Below are positions 9,303 through 19,967 of a stretch of 64,000 bases of DNA, piece by piece. Source of the DNA: Candidatus Moranbacteria bacterium UBA1362. GTDB taxonomy: Bacteria > Patescibacteriota > Minisyncoccia > Moranbacterales > GWC2-37-73. The notes beneath the pieces were generated by a model that did no database searches, had not been told where the DNA came from, and saw only the letters and a program-made list of their open reading frames with translations. The DNA lies in the NCBI GenBank assembly GCA_002306085.1, contig DBRS01000004.1, forward strand, positions 8,133-72,132, in the 5' to 3' direction. Position 1 is the stretch's first letter, and each line of letters begins with the position of its first letter. A program made the translations under genes and the position numbers.

Positions 9303-11021
9303 ATGCCTCGATGGATTTTGTCTGAAAAGGAAGAAATTGCGAAAATGCCAAACTTGAAGCTGCATCCTTTGTTAGTGCAGCTTTTGTTTTCCCGTGGAAT
9401 TAAAACAAAAGAAGAAATCGAAAAATTCGTTTTCCCTGACTATGACAGAGACTTCCATGATCCTTTTTTGTTCTCTGACATGGAAAAAGTTGTCAAAAGA
9501 ATAGAAAAAGCCCGGGAAAAAAAAGAAAAAGTGGCCATTTTCGGTGATTATGATGCCGATGGAATCACCGCTTCCGTAATCATCAAGGAAACTTTGGATC
9601 TTTTAGGAATCGAATCTTTCACCTATATTCCCGACAAGATGAATGAAGGCTATGGCATGAATGTCGCGGCAGTGGAAAAATTTGAAAAAGAAAATGTTTC
9701 GCTGATAATCACGGTTGATTGCGGAATCACGAACATTGCCGAGGTGGAAAGAGCCAATTCTCTCGGGATAGATGTCATAATAACAGATCATCATCATATG
9801 CCGGAAAAAATTCCCGAGGCTTTTGCTGTGGTTGATCCGCACGATCCCAGATCAGAATATCCTTTCAGAGATCTTGCCGGAGTTGGAGTTGCGTTTAAAG
9901 TCGTGCAGGCCGTGTTTCAGAGGTTGCTGGAAGATAAGATTCAGCAAACCAAATGGATGCTTGATCTTGTGGCCATAGGCACAATTGCCGATTGCGTGCC
10001 GCTGGTCGGGGAAAACAGATTGTTTGCCAAATATGGTCTTATTGTTCTTTCGAAAACAAAACGCGTGGGCCTTAAAGAATTGTTTTCTGTGGGAAGAATC
10101 AATATTAACGAAAAGAATTTGCCCGACACTAGAAAAATTTCTTTCTATATTGCTCCCAGAATCAATGCTGCCGGAAGAATCAAGCATGCCAATCTTGCCT
10201 ATGATCTTATTTTTGAAAAAGACGTCGCGAAAGCGCGAACCTCGGCGCTTGAAATCGAGGCGCAAAATTCGGAAAGACAAAAAGTAACCGAGAAAGTTGT
10301 GGAAGAAGTTTCCATTCTCGCTCGCAGCGCTTTTAAAGACAAGAAATTTATTTTTGCCGCAAGCGAACATTTTCCCATAGGTGTTTTGGGGCTTGCTGCA
10401 GGAAAAATAGCTCAGCAATTTTTAAGGCCGGTTGCTATTTTTCGCAAAGATGAAGATGCAAGTACCGGCTCTTTTCGCAGCATCCCGCAGATAAATATCA
10501 TTGAAACGATCGGTAAATTTGGCGGCATGCTCATGAAATTCGGCGGACATTCTCAGGCTGCCGGTGCGACCATCAAAAATGAGAATTTTGTCAAATTCTG
10601 TGAAAAAATGAGCGAAGAAATTGAAAAGAAGCTCAAGGATTGTGATTTTTCCGAAGAAATTTTGGTTGACGCGAAAATTGATGCGAAAGATGTGGATTTT
10701 GCCCTGGTTGATGATATTGAGAAATTGAAACCTTTCGGCGAAGGCAACAGGGAGCCGGTTTTTATGATAAAAAATTTGACAGTGCGCGAAACAAGAATCG
10801 TAGGCAACGGAAACAAGCACATAAAGCTTTTCCTGGCTTGCGAGAATGAACCAAAAATATTTGAAGCGATCAGTTTTAACGGTTATGAAAAATTTTCGCA
10901 CATAAATGTCGGGGATAAAATTGATATTTTGTGCAATTTGCAAAAAGATGAATGGAATGGAAATATAAAGATACAATTTACTCTGATTGATGCGAGAGTT
11001 AGTCAGAGTAAGAATTTTTAA
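9303..11021 (+). CDS. recJ: Single-stranded-DNA-specific exonuclease RecJ (DHH/DHHA1)
   Basis: DHH motifs (AIFGDYDADGITAS, ITVDCG, ITDHHH) and a C-terminal OB-like region. The ORF-track start at 9135 overlaps the upstream gene, so ATG 9303 (or 9345) is preferred. Confidence 0.9.
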   Translation: MPRWILSEKEEIAKMPNLKLHPLLVQLLFSRGIKTKEEIEKFVFPDYDRDFHDPFLFSDMEKVVKRIEKAREKKEKVAIFGDYDADGITASVIIKETLDLLGIESFTYIPDKMNEGYGMNVAAVEKFEKENVSLIITVDCGITNIAEVERANSLGIDVIITDHHHMPEKIPEAFAVVDPHDPRSEYPFRDLAGVGVAFKVVQAVFQRLLEDKIQQTKWMLDLVAIGTIADCVPLVGENRLFAKYGLIVLSKTKRVGLKELFSVGRININEKNLPDTRKISFYIAPRINAAGRIKHANLAYDLIFEKDVAKARTSALEIEAQNSERQKVTEKVVEEVSILARSAFKDKKFIFAASEHFPIGVLGLAAGKIAQQFLRPVAIFRKDEDASTGSFRSIPQINIIETIGKFGGMLMKFGGHSQAAGATIKNENFVKFCEKMSEEIEKKLKDCDFSEEILVDAKIDAKDVDFALVDDIEKLKPFGEGNREPVFMIKNLTVRETRIVGNGNKHIKLFLACENEPKIFEAISFNGYEKFSHINVGDKIDILCNLQKDEWNGNIKIQFTLIDARVSQSKNF

Positions 11022-11057
11022 TTTTGAATTTAAAATGTTAAAAAATTAAAAATTAAA

Positions 11058-12179
11058 ATGCGTATTGCTTTTGTACATGATTATTTGGTGCAATATGGAG
11101 GAGCCGAAAGAGTGCTTGAATGCCTTTCGGAAATTTATCCGTACGCGCCCATCTATACGATTCTCTATAACCGCGAAGCGATGCACGGCGTTTTTGAAAG
11201 CAAGCGTGTTCGCACTTCCTTTCTTCAGCGTTTTCCGTTCGCGAAAAAATGGCACCGCGTCTTTCCGCTTTTCATGCCGCTAGCAGTTGAACAGTTTGAT
11301 TTTTCAAAATATGACATAGTGGTTTCAGATTCCGCAAGCTATGCCAAAGGCGTAATAACAAATCCCGCAACATTGCACATATGCTACATGCACACGCCGA
11401 TGCGCTATGCTTGGGACGATTGTCAAAAATATACGCGCGATTTCTATTTTCCGCGTTTTATCAAAAAACTGATTCCTTTTGCCATGAATTATTTGCGGCT
11501 TTGGGATAAAATCAGCGCCGACAGAGTTGATATTTTCATAGCAAACTCAAATTTTGTTGCGCGGCGCATCAAAAAATACTATCACAAGGATGCCATGGTT
11601 GTGCATCCTCCCGTTGACACGAAAAAATTCTTGATTCGCAAGGGAGCGGAGAAAAAAGATTATTTTCTGATGGTCGGAAGGCTTCTTGCGTACAAGCGTA
11701 ATGATATTGCGATCGAAGCGTTCAATAAGCTGGGGCTGCCTTTGAAAATAATCGGAAGAGGCCCGGAGCTCAAACGTCTTGAAAAAATTGCCGGGCCAAA
11801 CATCGAGTTTCTTGGAAGAGTAAGTGACGAGGATCTTGGGAAATATTATTCCGAATGTCAGGCACTGATTTTTCCGCAGGAGGAAGATTTCGGAATTGTT
11901 GCCATTGAAGCTCTTGCCAGCGGAAAGCCGCTCATAGCTTTTCGCGGAGGAGATATTCCCGAGCATATGGAGGATGAAAAAATGGGAATATTTTTCGACG
12001 AGCAGGCACCCAAAGCGATCATGGAAGCGGTCGAAAAATTCAAAAAAATGTCATTTGACGCCGATTATATCAGATCTAGGGTGCTAAAATTTGATCGTGA
12101 AATTTTCAAAAAAAAGATGAAGGAAATTATTGAAAGGGAATTGGAAAAGCACAAGCAAACCTCGGCAAGTGAGAAATAA
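11058..12179 (+). CDS. Glycosyltransferase family 4 (GT-B)
   Basis: N-terminus MRIAFVHDYLVQYGGAERV and C-terminal E-x7-E region (FPQEEDFGIVAIEALASGKP) typical of GT4. Confidence 0.85.
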   Translation: MRIAFVHDYLVQYGGAERVLECLSEIYPYAPIYTILYNREAMHGVFESKRVRTSFLQRFPFAKKWHRVFPLFMPLAVEQFDFSKYDIVVSDSASYAKGVITNPATLHICYMHTPMRYAWDDCQKYTRDFYFPRFIKKLIPFAMNYLRLWDKISADRVDIFIANSNFVARRIKKYYHKDAMVVHPPVDTKKFLIRKGAEKKDYFLMVGRLLAYKRNDIAIEAFNKLGLPLKIIGRGPELKRLEKIAGPNIEFLGRVSDEDLGKYYSECQALIFPQEEDFGIVAIEALASGKPLIAFRGGDIPEHMEDEKMGIFFDEQAPKAIMEAVEKFKKMSFDADYIRSRVLKFDREIFKKKMKEIIERELEKHKQTSASEK

Positions 12180-12180
12180 A

Positions 12181-12228
12181 AAAAATCGCGCAGTTTCGAT
12201 TTGTTTATCGGACTGCGCGATTTCATTT
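12181..12228. terminator. Bidirectional terminator hairpin between convergent genes
   Basis: aaaaatcgcgcagt...actgcgcgatttcattt: an 11-bp stem flanked by an A-run and a T-run. Confidence 0.7.
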
Positions 12229-12245
12229 GTGGCTCATGCCTTATG

Positions 12246-12656
12246 TTACTTAGGAGGCTGAGAGGTGAAAGGTGAAGAGTCAAGATCGGCCATGGTGTTT
12301 TCTTTGTAAACAAAATTCTTGACTCTCTTTCTGCTGTTGAAATGCACCCACAGGATGTCCAGGTATACCGAGTTGTCTCCCGAATAGATGCCCCAGCTGC
12401 TAAAAGCCGCGAATTTGTTCATGGCGTTCTGGGATGCATTGGGTTTTCTGTATTCCCATGTCTCCGATCCGTCGGCCTGCCAGGACTTCCTTGTCGGCTC
12501 GCCGATTTTTGCAAGCACTGCTTGCTGAGAGTCTCCTTTTTTCAAGGCGGAGATGTGGGTTGTATCCCAGTCGCAATTCTTACATGTGCCCGCGCAAGAA
12601 GTCATCATTGCTGCTGCGAGAAAAGCCGTGATAGCAACCAACAAAATCTTTTTCAT
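12246..12656 (-). CDS. Lipoprotein with a SmpA/OmlA (BamE-like) domain, putative
   Basis: Signal peptide with lipobox (AAMMTSC). Segment ISALKKGDSQQAVLAKIGEPT...WEY resembles the BamE/SmpA_OmlA motif. Confidence 0.4.
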   Translation of the reverse strand: MKKILLVAITAFLAAAMMTSCAGTCKNCDWDTTHISALKKGDSQQAVLAKIGEPTRKSWQADGSETWEYRKPNASQNAMNKFAAFSSWGIYSGDNSVYLDILWVHFNSRKRVKNFVYKENTMADLDSSPFTSQPPK

Positions 12657-13182
12657 GAAAAACCTCCTGTTCTTTGGATTTTTTAGGCTTTGTTAAGCCT
12701 TTTTTACTTTATCAATGAACAAGCCATCTTTTAATTATACTCCAAAACGCCCATAAAGTCAATAGGTATTGATTTTGACGATTCTGAAGCTAATAAAAAA
12801 TATCCCATGCTGGAATGAAACTTTTTCCAGCATGGGTGCCTAATGAGGCTGAAACATTGTGGTGATTGGATTATACCGAAAAGGGACATCAATGTCAATT
12901 TAAAATGATGTACCAAGCAAAAAAATGCCATGGATGCCGCCGTTGCGTCGGCACCCATGGCGAATTATAGGAGAAGTCGCTACGGACCCTAATTCCATTA
13001 TACTTCCAAAGCGCGGCAAAATACAAATTATATTGATATATCAAAATTAACCGCGGGAACAATATCCGCGTGTTTTTCTGGGCATGAGGAGCGGGGGAGG
13101 ACCGATAGCAGCCCACATTTTCTTCGCGGGGTCAATATACAACAAATCGCAAAACTGTTATATGATGAAATAACATAAACAA

Positions 13183-14361
13183 TTGACAAAAATGGCAAGA
13201 ATCGGAATCGACATCAGATGTTTTGTTGCCGGGAAACGGACAGGAGTCGAGGAATACACACTGAACGTCCTCGAAAATCTTTTCGAATTGGACAAAAAAA
13301 ATGAATACATCATCTTCATCAATTCATACAAAGAACCAAAATTTGATCTTGGAGTTTTTCGCAAATATAAAAATGTTTCGGTGCGGCAATTTCACATTCC
13401 GAACAAACTGCTGAATTTTTGTTTCTGGTACTTGGGCTGGCCGCATGTCGACAAAATGATCGGGGGCGTTGACATCTTTTTCATGCCAAGCATTGCATTT
13501 ATCGCGCTTTCCCGAAAAGTAAAATTGGTTTTGAATGTCCATGATCTTTCGTTTGAATTAATGCCGGAAACTTTTTCATTAAAAAGAAGGCTTTGGCATC
13601 ATATTTTAAATCCGCGCAGGCTGTGCCTGAGAGCTGACAAAATAACGTCCGTGTCGGAATCCACGCTTGAGGACATTGTTCGAATCTACGGGATAGATAG
13701 GGAGAAAATTGTGAGAATATACAACGGAATATCGGAAAATTTTGAAGCTTTTGATAGGAACAATCCGAAACTTATTGAAATAAAAGACAAATATCATCTG
13801 CCTTTTAATTTTATTCTGTTTCTCGGAACGGTCGAACCCAGAAAGAACATAAGAGCTGTCGTGAAGGCTTTTGATCGCCTCAAAAGTCTCGGAAATCCTC
13901 AGTTCGACAAATACAAGCTGGTGGTCGCCGGCGGCAAGGGTTGGAAAACAGAAAGCATATTTTCTGAAATGCGGAAGGCTCGTTTCACTAAAGACATAAT
14001 CTATACAAGTTGCGTCACGCAGGAAGACAAGGCGGCGGTTTATACTCTTTCTTCGCTTTTTGTATATACTTCCTTTTTTGAAGGGTTTGGACTTCCGCTT
14101 CTTGAGGCGATGCGTTGCGGAGTGCCAGTGATCACATCAAACGCTTCGTCAATTCCCGAGGTCGTGGGAAACGGAGCAATCATGGTCGATCCCGACAGGC
14201 CGGATGAAATTTTTGCCGCGATGAAGGAAATTTTGCTGGACAAAGATCTCCGCATTCGGATCGGCGAAAACGGACTCAAACAATCAATAAGATTTAATTG
14301 GAAAACTTCAGCCAGAGAATTGTTTGAAATGTTTGAGGGCATCTCCAAGTCTTGCAATTAA
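13183..14361 (+). CDS. Glycosyltransferase family 4
   Basis: GT-B fold with C-terminal catalytic motif (FVYTSFFEGFGLPLLEAMRCGVPVI). Confidence 0.85.
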   Translation: MTKMARIGIDIRCFVAGKRTGVEEYTLNVLENLFELDKKNEYIIFINSYKEPKFDLGVFRKYKNVSVRQFHIPNKLLNFCFWYLGWPHVDKMIGGVDIFFMPSIAFIALSRKVKLVLNVHDLSFELMPETFSLKRRLWHHILNPRRLCLRADKITSVSESTLEDIVRIYGIDREKIVRIYNGISENFEAFDRNNPKLIEIKDKYHLPFNFILFLGTVEPRKNIRAVVKAFDRLKSLGNPQFDKYKLVVAGGKGWKTESIFSEMRKARFTKDIIYTSCVTQEDKAAVYTLSSLFVYTSFFEGFGLPLLEAMRCGVPVITSNASSIPEVVGNGAIMVDPDRPDEIFAAMKEILLDKDLRIRIGENGLKQSIRFNWKTSARELFEMFEGISKSCN

Positions 14362-14524
14362 TGTTTCGACTGCATATATATTTCCATGTTTTGGATAAGT
14401 TTTTGTTCTTGGAAGTGCGAAATGGCGGTTTTGTATTTGTTTGCTTTTTTTGTGGATGAAAAAATGGTAGAATTGCATAAAAGTCGAAAACCTACAAAGT
14501 CTTTAAAGAATTTATCTAAAAACT

Positions 14525-15664
14525 ATGCTGATTGGTATCGATGCGCGGTTCTACGGTTCGATAGGAAAGGGCCTGGGCCGCTATACGCAAAAATTGGTTG
14601 AATATCTCGAGAAAGTCGATGAAAAAAACCAATATATCGTCTTTCTTCGCAAGGAAAATTTTGAAGAATACCAACCTAAAAACAAAAATTTTCGCAAAGA
14701 ACTTGCGGATTACCGATGGTATTCGTTTGCCGAGCAAATTTTCTTTCCGTTCAAACTCAGAAAATACAAATTCGATCTCGTGCATTTTCCGCATTTCAAT
14801 GTTCCACTTTTATATCGCAAGAAATTCGTTTTGACAATTCATGATTTGATTCTGATTCATTTTCCCACAGTTCGTGCCACAACATTAAGTCCGATTTTTT
14901 ATTGGATGAAGTTTTTTGCATACAAATGCGTTATCAAATCGGCAATAAAAAGAAGTCAAAAAATATTCGCCGTGTCAAAATTCACAAAAAAAGACATTCT
15001 TGAAACCTACAAAAAAATTCCCGAGGAAAAAATATGTGTCACATATGAAGCTTGCGAAAAAAATTCTGCTTTGGAAAACAAAAATGCTGACAATGTCCTT
15101 AAAAAATATGGTATAATGAAACCATATATCATATATATCGGAAACGTTTATCCTCACAAAAATCCCAAACGTCTTGTTTTGGCGTTTAAAAAACTGAGAG
15201 AAAAAAGAAAAGACATTTCCTTGGTTTTTGTCGGCGGAGAAGACTATTTTTATTCGCGCCTTAGAGATTATGTCCGCGAAAACGAGGTTGAAAATATAGT
15301 ATTTGCAGGATTTGTTCCCGACAATGATCTTGATTTTCTGATGTCCGGTTCGGAAGCTTATATTCGCCCGTCACTCTACGAAGGTTTCGAGCTTCCGCCA
15401 CTCGAAGCCATGTCTAAGGGTATTCCGGTTCTTTCATCCAATCATTCATGCGCATTGGAGATTCTTGGCGGCAGCGCTCTTTATTTTGACGGCAAGAACG
15501 TTGATGATATTGCGGATTCTGTTTGGAAAATTCTGACGGATGAAAAACTCAGGGAGAATTTGATTCAAAAGGGTTACGATCAGATTAAAAAATATAGCTG
15601 GGAGGGAATGGCGAAAAAAACGCTTGAGGTCTACAATAGTCTGAAAAAAGATGCGAAAAAATAA
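14525..15664 (+). CDS. Glycosyltransferase family 4
   Basis: IGIDARFY...GLGRY N-terminus and SLYEGFELPPLEAMSKGIPVL motif. Confidence 0.85.
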   Translation: MLIGIDARFYGSIGKGLGRYTQKLVEYLEKVDEKNQYIVFLRKENFEEYQPKNKNFRKELADYRWYSFAEQIFFPFKLRKYKFDLVHFPHFNVPLLYRKKFVLTIHDLILIHFPTVRATTLSPIFYWMKFFAYKCVIKSAIKRSQKIFAVSKFTKKDILETYKKIPEEKICVTYEACEKNSALENKNADNVLKKYGIMKPYIIYIGNVYPHKNPKRLVLAFKKLREKRKDISLVFVGGEDYFYSRLRDYVRENEVENIVFAGFVPDNDLDFLMSGSEAYIRPSLYEGFELPPLEAMSKGIPVLSSNHSCALEILGGSALYFDGKNVDDIADSVWKILTDEKLRENLIQKGYDQIKKYSWEGMAKKTLEVYNSLKKDAKK

Positions 15665-18215
15665 TGTGATTCCTCAAATGTTCGACATAAGACCCGTTGA
15701 TGAGACGGGCAATTTGGATTGGAAAAAGATACGTTTGATTGGAAATCCCGTGCGGGTTGCGACAACAAAAAACCAGACATTTGCGCAAAGCGAAGAAGAA
15801 AGGATGAAGCGGATAGAGATGGAGAGGAGAAAAAAAGAAATCGAAAACTGCAAAAAGGCGGAGAGACTGCGCGCTTTGCAAGAGAAAAGAGATAGATTTA
15901 TTATGACTGAACAGATAAGACGAAGAGAAGAGGACGAGGCTTTTATTCGTGAAGAAAAGTTGCGATCGGAATTGAAACTCAAGGAAATTTTAGAATGCAA
16001 CAAGCAAAAGCAAAAAGCCCATGAAGAAGCTGTCGGAGCCGGAGGAATCGCGCGCGAAGATGCGTGGATTGAACAAGAAACAAGCGAAAAATCAGATGTT
16101 GAAAATATTAAAAATTATTGGCAAAAAAATTTCGCACAGAAATGTCGTGAAAAATCTGATTATGGCGGAACTATGGAGTTTTCATTAATGGACCTTATTT
16201 TGTCTCATAGGTTTACTTTCGGGTGCCGGCTTTTTGCTAAACCTGTTCAATTATTTGTTTTTACGGCGCTTTTGGTATCGCTTGGAATTGGAGGAGTATC
16301 CTATGCGAGCAAGGGTTTGGATGCGAAAGGCAAGGTTTTAGGCGTCAGTCAAAGCGGTTTCGAAAACCTGGCTTCCGCCATAAACGATTTGTCCAATCGT
16401 AATTTCGAAAACTCTTCAAAAAGATTTGCTGAAGCTCATGAAAAATTTTCAAATGGATCGGAAATTCTGGAAGGTATCGGGGGGTCCATACTGGATGTTG
16501 CACGCTTTGTTCCTTATGCAACAAAAGTATCTTCCGGAAGAAACGCGGTGGAAGCCGGAAAACACCTTTCTTTAGCGGGAGGATATATGAATGAGGTTGC
16601 CCATACATTTTCCGAAATAGAGAATTTGGTCGGGAAGTTCGGTGATGACGGTTTTTCTTTTCTTGATATTTTGAAAATGACCGAAAAGAACATAAGTTTA
16701 GCCAAAGCCGAACTTGATGCGGCACAGAATAATATAGACAAGATTGTCATAACGGATCTTCCCGAAGATAAAAGGGATGAATTTTTTCTTCTCAAGGAAA
16801 ACATGCCGGATATAAGAAAAAGTCTTGATTTCTTTCTTGCCAACAGTCACATTCTTACCGATCTTCTCGGAGGCAACGGCCCTAGAAAGTATTTGTTTTT
16901 ATTTCAAAATAATTCCGAAATGAGAGCCACGGGAGGATTTATAGGAAGTTACGGGTTGCTTGATATTTCAAATGGACGCGTAAAAAACTTTTTTATAGAC
17001 GGAATATACAATCCCGACGGACAACTGAAAGAAAAAATAGTTCCTCCCCAGCCGATTCAAAAAATCAGCGCGGCCTGGAGTCTTCATGACAGCAATTGGT
17101 TTGCCGATTTTCCGATGTCGGCAAAAAAGGCGATTACTTTCTATGAAAAAACCGGCGGTCCTACCGTTGATGGAGTTGTGACTTTTACTCCCGCATTGAT
17201 AAAAAAAATGCTGGCAATTACCGGACCTATTGAAATGCCGGAATATGAAGTGACGTTGGATGAAAATAATTTCACGGAAGTTACACAATATGAAGTGGAA
17301 GTTGATTATGACAAGGAAGAAAATGAGCCGAAAAAAATTCTCGCGGATTTGGCTCCGATTTTACTGCAAAAACTATTGGACAAGAAAGATATTGAAAGTA
17401 TTTCTAAAATAGTTCAGGTGCTTTTGCTGGGTCTTGATGAAAAACACATACTTATTTATTCATCCAATCCGGAACTTCAAAGAATAGTGTCGCAGCAAGG
17501 GTGGTCCGGAGAAATATTACCTTCCAGTTGTGATTATTTGAGTGTTATAAACACCAACATAAACGGATTCAAAACTGATGCGGTTGTCGAAGAAAAAATT
17601 GAACATGGCGCTGAAATACAGGAAGATGGTTCGATTGTAGATACAGTCACAATCACCCGCAGGCATACCGGAGGAAATTCAGAGTATGAATGGTTCAACA
17701 AGGTTAATGCTGATTATATGCGAGTATATGTTCCGGAAGGTGCAAAATTACTGGAAGCCAGCGGACATACGCGCGAAGCTCACAAACAACCTCTTGACTA
17801 TGATGCGCTTAATTTCAAGCGGGACGCCGATGTTGAAAGAGAGGAGCGGGATATGATTATTGATCCCGAATCGGGAACTCGTATATATAATGAAGCTGGA
17901 AAAACTGTATTTGCTAACTGGGTATATATAAGTCCGCAAGAAGAGGTTTCGGTCACATATAAATATATTCTTCCAGTGCGCATGTTTCAAGTTTCAATTG
18001 ACGGTTCCAATCCGGTTGATTCATATTCATTGGTCTTTCAGAAGCAATCGGGAAGTTATGGCAGTTTACTTGAATCCCGAATTCAATATCCGTCAAGCTA
18101 TGAAATCAAGTGGAGCTTTCCCGAAAATATGGAAAAGGGAAGCGATGGAGTGAGGATTAATACTGATCTTTCCCTCGACAGATTTGCGGGTGTGGTGTTT
18201 GAGAAAAAACAATAA
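15651..18215 (+). CDS. DUF4012 domain-containing envelope protein (N-terminal charged coiled-coil, one TM, large extracytoplasmic domain)
   Basis: Core FLFQNNSEMRATGGFIGSYGLLDISNG...IDGIYNPDG matches the DUF4012 signature. Overlaps the upstream GT stop by 14 nt, suggesting an operon. Confidence 0.7.
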   Translation: MRKNNVIPQMFDIRPVDETGNLDWKKIRLIGNPVRVATTKNQTFAQSEEERMKRIEMERRKKEIENCKKAERLRALQEKRDRFIMTEQIRRREEDEAFIREEKLRSELKLKEILECNKQKQKAHEEAVGAGGIAREDAWIEQETSEKSDVENIKNYWQKNFAQKCREKSDYGGTMEFSLMDLILSHRFTFGCRLFAKPVQLFVFTALLVSLGIGGVSYASKGLDAKGKVLGVSQSGFENLASAINDLSNRNFENSSKRFAEAHEKFSNGSEILEGIGGSILDVARFVPYATKVSSGRNAVEAGKHLSLAGGYMNEVAHTFSEIENLVGKFGDDGFSFLDILKMTEKNISLAKAELDAAQNNIDKIVITDLPEDKRDEFFLLKENMPDIRKSLDFFLANSHILTDLLGGNGPRKYLFLFQNNSEMRATGGFIGSYGLLDISNGRVKNFFIDGIYNPDGQLKEKIVPPQPIQKISAAWSLHDSNWFADFPMSAKKAITFYEKTGGPTVDGVVTFTPALIKKMLAITGPIEMPEYEVTLDENNFTEVTQYEVEVDYDKEENEPKKILADLAPILLQKLLDKKDIESISKIVQVLLLGLDEKHILIYSSNPELQRIVSQQGWSGEILPSSCDYLSVINTNINGFKTDAVVEEKIEHGAEIQEDGSIVDTVTITRRHTGGNSEYEWFNKVNADYMRVYVPEGAKLLEASGHTREAHKQPLDYDALNFKRDADVEREERDMIIDPESGTRIYNEAGKTVFANWVYISPQEEVSVTYKYILPVRMFQVSIDGSNPVDSYSLVFQKQSGSYGSLLESRIQYPSSYEIKWSFPENMEKGSDGVRINTDLSLDRFAGVVFEKKQ

Positions 18216-18278
18216 TATTTCAGTATTGTCAACTGGAAAAATTTGGGTTAAGATACCGCTAGTGATTCGAAGAAATTT

Positions 18279-19922
18279 ATGATGAAAAGGCTTGTAAAAA
18301 GCAAATTTTTGAACGAAAAGCCGACGCAATCGATTGCGGCGGCGGCTTTTATTATTTCACTTGCCGGGATTGCGAGCCGCATCCTTGGGCTTTTCAGGGA
18401 TCGCATTTTGGCCGGACAATTCGGAGCGGGAGACACTCTTGACGCATATTATGCCGCCTTCCGTATTCCGGATCTCATCTATAATCTTATGATAGTAGGG
18501 GCGCTAAGTGCTGCGTTTATTCCGATATTCACGGAATATATTGCGGATAAAAAGGAGGAAGATGCCTGGAGGTTTTCTTCGGGAATGCTTAGTCTTCAGA
18601 TTTTTTTTATGGGCACTGTTTCATTGATTCTTATTGCGGTAGCTCCTTGGATGATGAAGATTATAACTCCGGGCTTTTCTGGCGAAAAAATGGACCTCAC
18701 TGTGCAGCTTACGCGTATAATGTTTTTGAGCCCGCTTCTTCTCGGCATAAGCGGGATATACGGAGGTATTTTGGTGTCATTTAAGAAATTTTTAATATAC
18801 TCGCTCGCTCCGATTTTCTATAACGTGGGAATAATAATCGGGGTTGTTTTTTTTGTTAAATTTTGGGGTCCGGTTGGACTTGCGTGGGGAGTGGTGCTTG
18901 GAGCGCTTTTTCACATGTTGTTGCAATATCCGTCTGTAAAATTTTCCGGCTTCAGTTTTAAACCGTTGTTTTTTGATGCCCTGAAAAACACGGGAGTAAG
19001 AAAAGCGTTCAAACTGATGATTCCAAGAACAATGACCGTCGCTGTCACGCAGATCAATTTCACCATAATAACAATTTTTGCTTCCACGCTGGCGGCTGGA
19101 AGTCTTGCTGTCTTCAATTTTGCAAACAATATCCAAAGCGCTCCCATAGGGCTTTTCGGCATTTCATTTTCGATTGCGGTGTTTCCCGCGCTCAGCGCCT
19201 ATGCCGCAAAAAAAGAGAAAATGGAATTCATCAAAGCTTTTTCAAGGACATTCAGACAGATTTTATTTTTTGTGATACCGCTGAGTGTTTTCATTTTTGT
19301 TTTACGCGCTCAGACAGTCCGTGTTCTTCTCGGATCCGGCAAATTCGATTGGGATGACACGATCCTGACTTTCCAGACACTCGGATTGCTTGTGGCAAGC
19401 TTATTCGCTCAGGCCGTTTTGCCGCTTCTGACCCGTGCCTTCTACGCTTTACAGGATACGAAAACTCCTTTTTATATTGCTCTTTTAAGCGAAGTTGTGA
19501 ATATTGTGCTCGTGATTGCGCTGATAGGGCATTTCGGGGTTTTGGGATTGGCGATAGCTTTTTCTTTCGCTAGCATACTTAATATGGCGTTACTTCTGAT
19601 ATTTCTTAAAAGGAATCTTCCTGACATAGATGGTAAAATAATATTGGGCTCAACCGCGAAAATAGTGGCTGCCTCCGTAATAGGAGGAGCTGTCGCTCAG
19701 GTGGCCAAATATGTCGTAGGTTCGCGCGGGGAGCTTGATACTTTCGTGGCGGTGTTTACTCAGCTTGTTGTCGCGGGACTTGCCGGAGCGATGGCTTTTG
19801 CAATTGCCAGTTATTATTTTAAAATTAAAGAATTTTTTCAATTTACAGAATCTGTTACTAAAAAACTTTTCAAGGCCAAAAAAGTCATCCAGGAGGACAC
19901 GGGAGAAGTCACCGGAATATAA
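18279..19922 (+). CDS. murJ: Lipid II flippase MurJ (MviN)
   Basis: GLFRDRILAGQFGAGDTLDAYYAAFRIPDLIYNL and about 14 TM helices. Confidence 0.92.
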   Translation: MMKRLVKSKFLNEKPTQSIAAAAFIISLAGIASRILGLFRDRILAGQFGAGDTLDAYYAAFRIPDLIYNLMIVGALSAAFIPIFTEYIADKKEEDAWRFSSGMLSLQIFFMGTVSLILIAVAPWMMKIITPGFSGEKMDLTVQLTRIMFLSPLLLGISGIYGGILVSFKKFLIYSLAPIFYNVGIIIGVVFFVKFWGPVGLAWGVVLGALFHMLLQYPSVKFSGFSFKPLFFDALKNTGVRKAFKLMIPRTMTVAVTQINFTIITIFASTLAAGSLAVFNFANNIQSAPIGLFGISFSIAVFPALSAYAAKKEKMEFIKAFSRTFRQILFFVIPLSVFIFVLRAQTVRVLLGSGKFDWDDTILTFQTLGLLVASLFAQAVLPLLTRAFYALQDTKTPFYIALLSEVVNIVLVIALIGHFGVLGLAIAFSFASILNMALLLIFLKRNLPDIDGKIILGSTAKIVAASVIGGAVAQVAKYVVGSRGELDTFVAVFTQLVVAGLAGAMAFAIASYYFKIKEFFQFTESVTKKLFKAKKVIQEDTGEVTGI

Positions 19923-19967
19923 ACAATATAGTAGCGCAAACGCAGTGGCTTTTCAGGAAATAGATAT

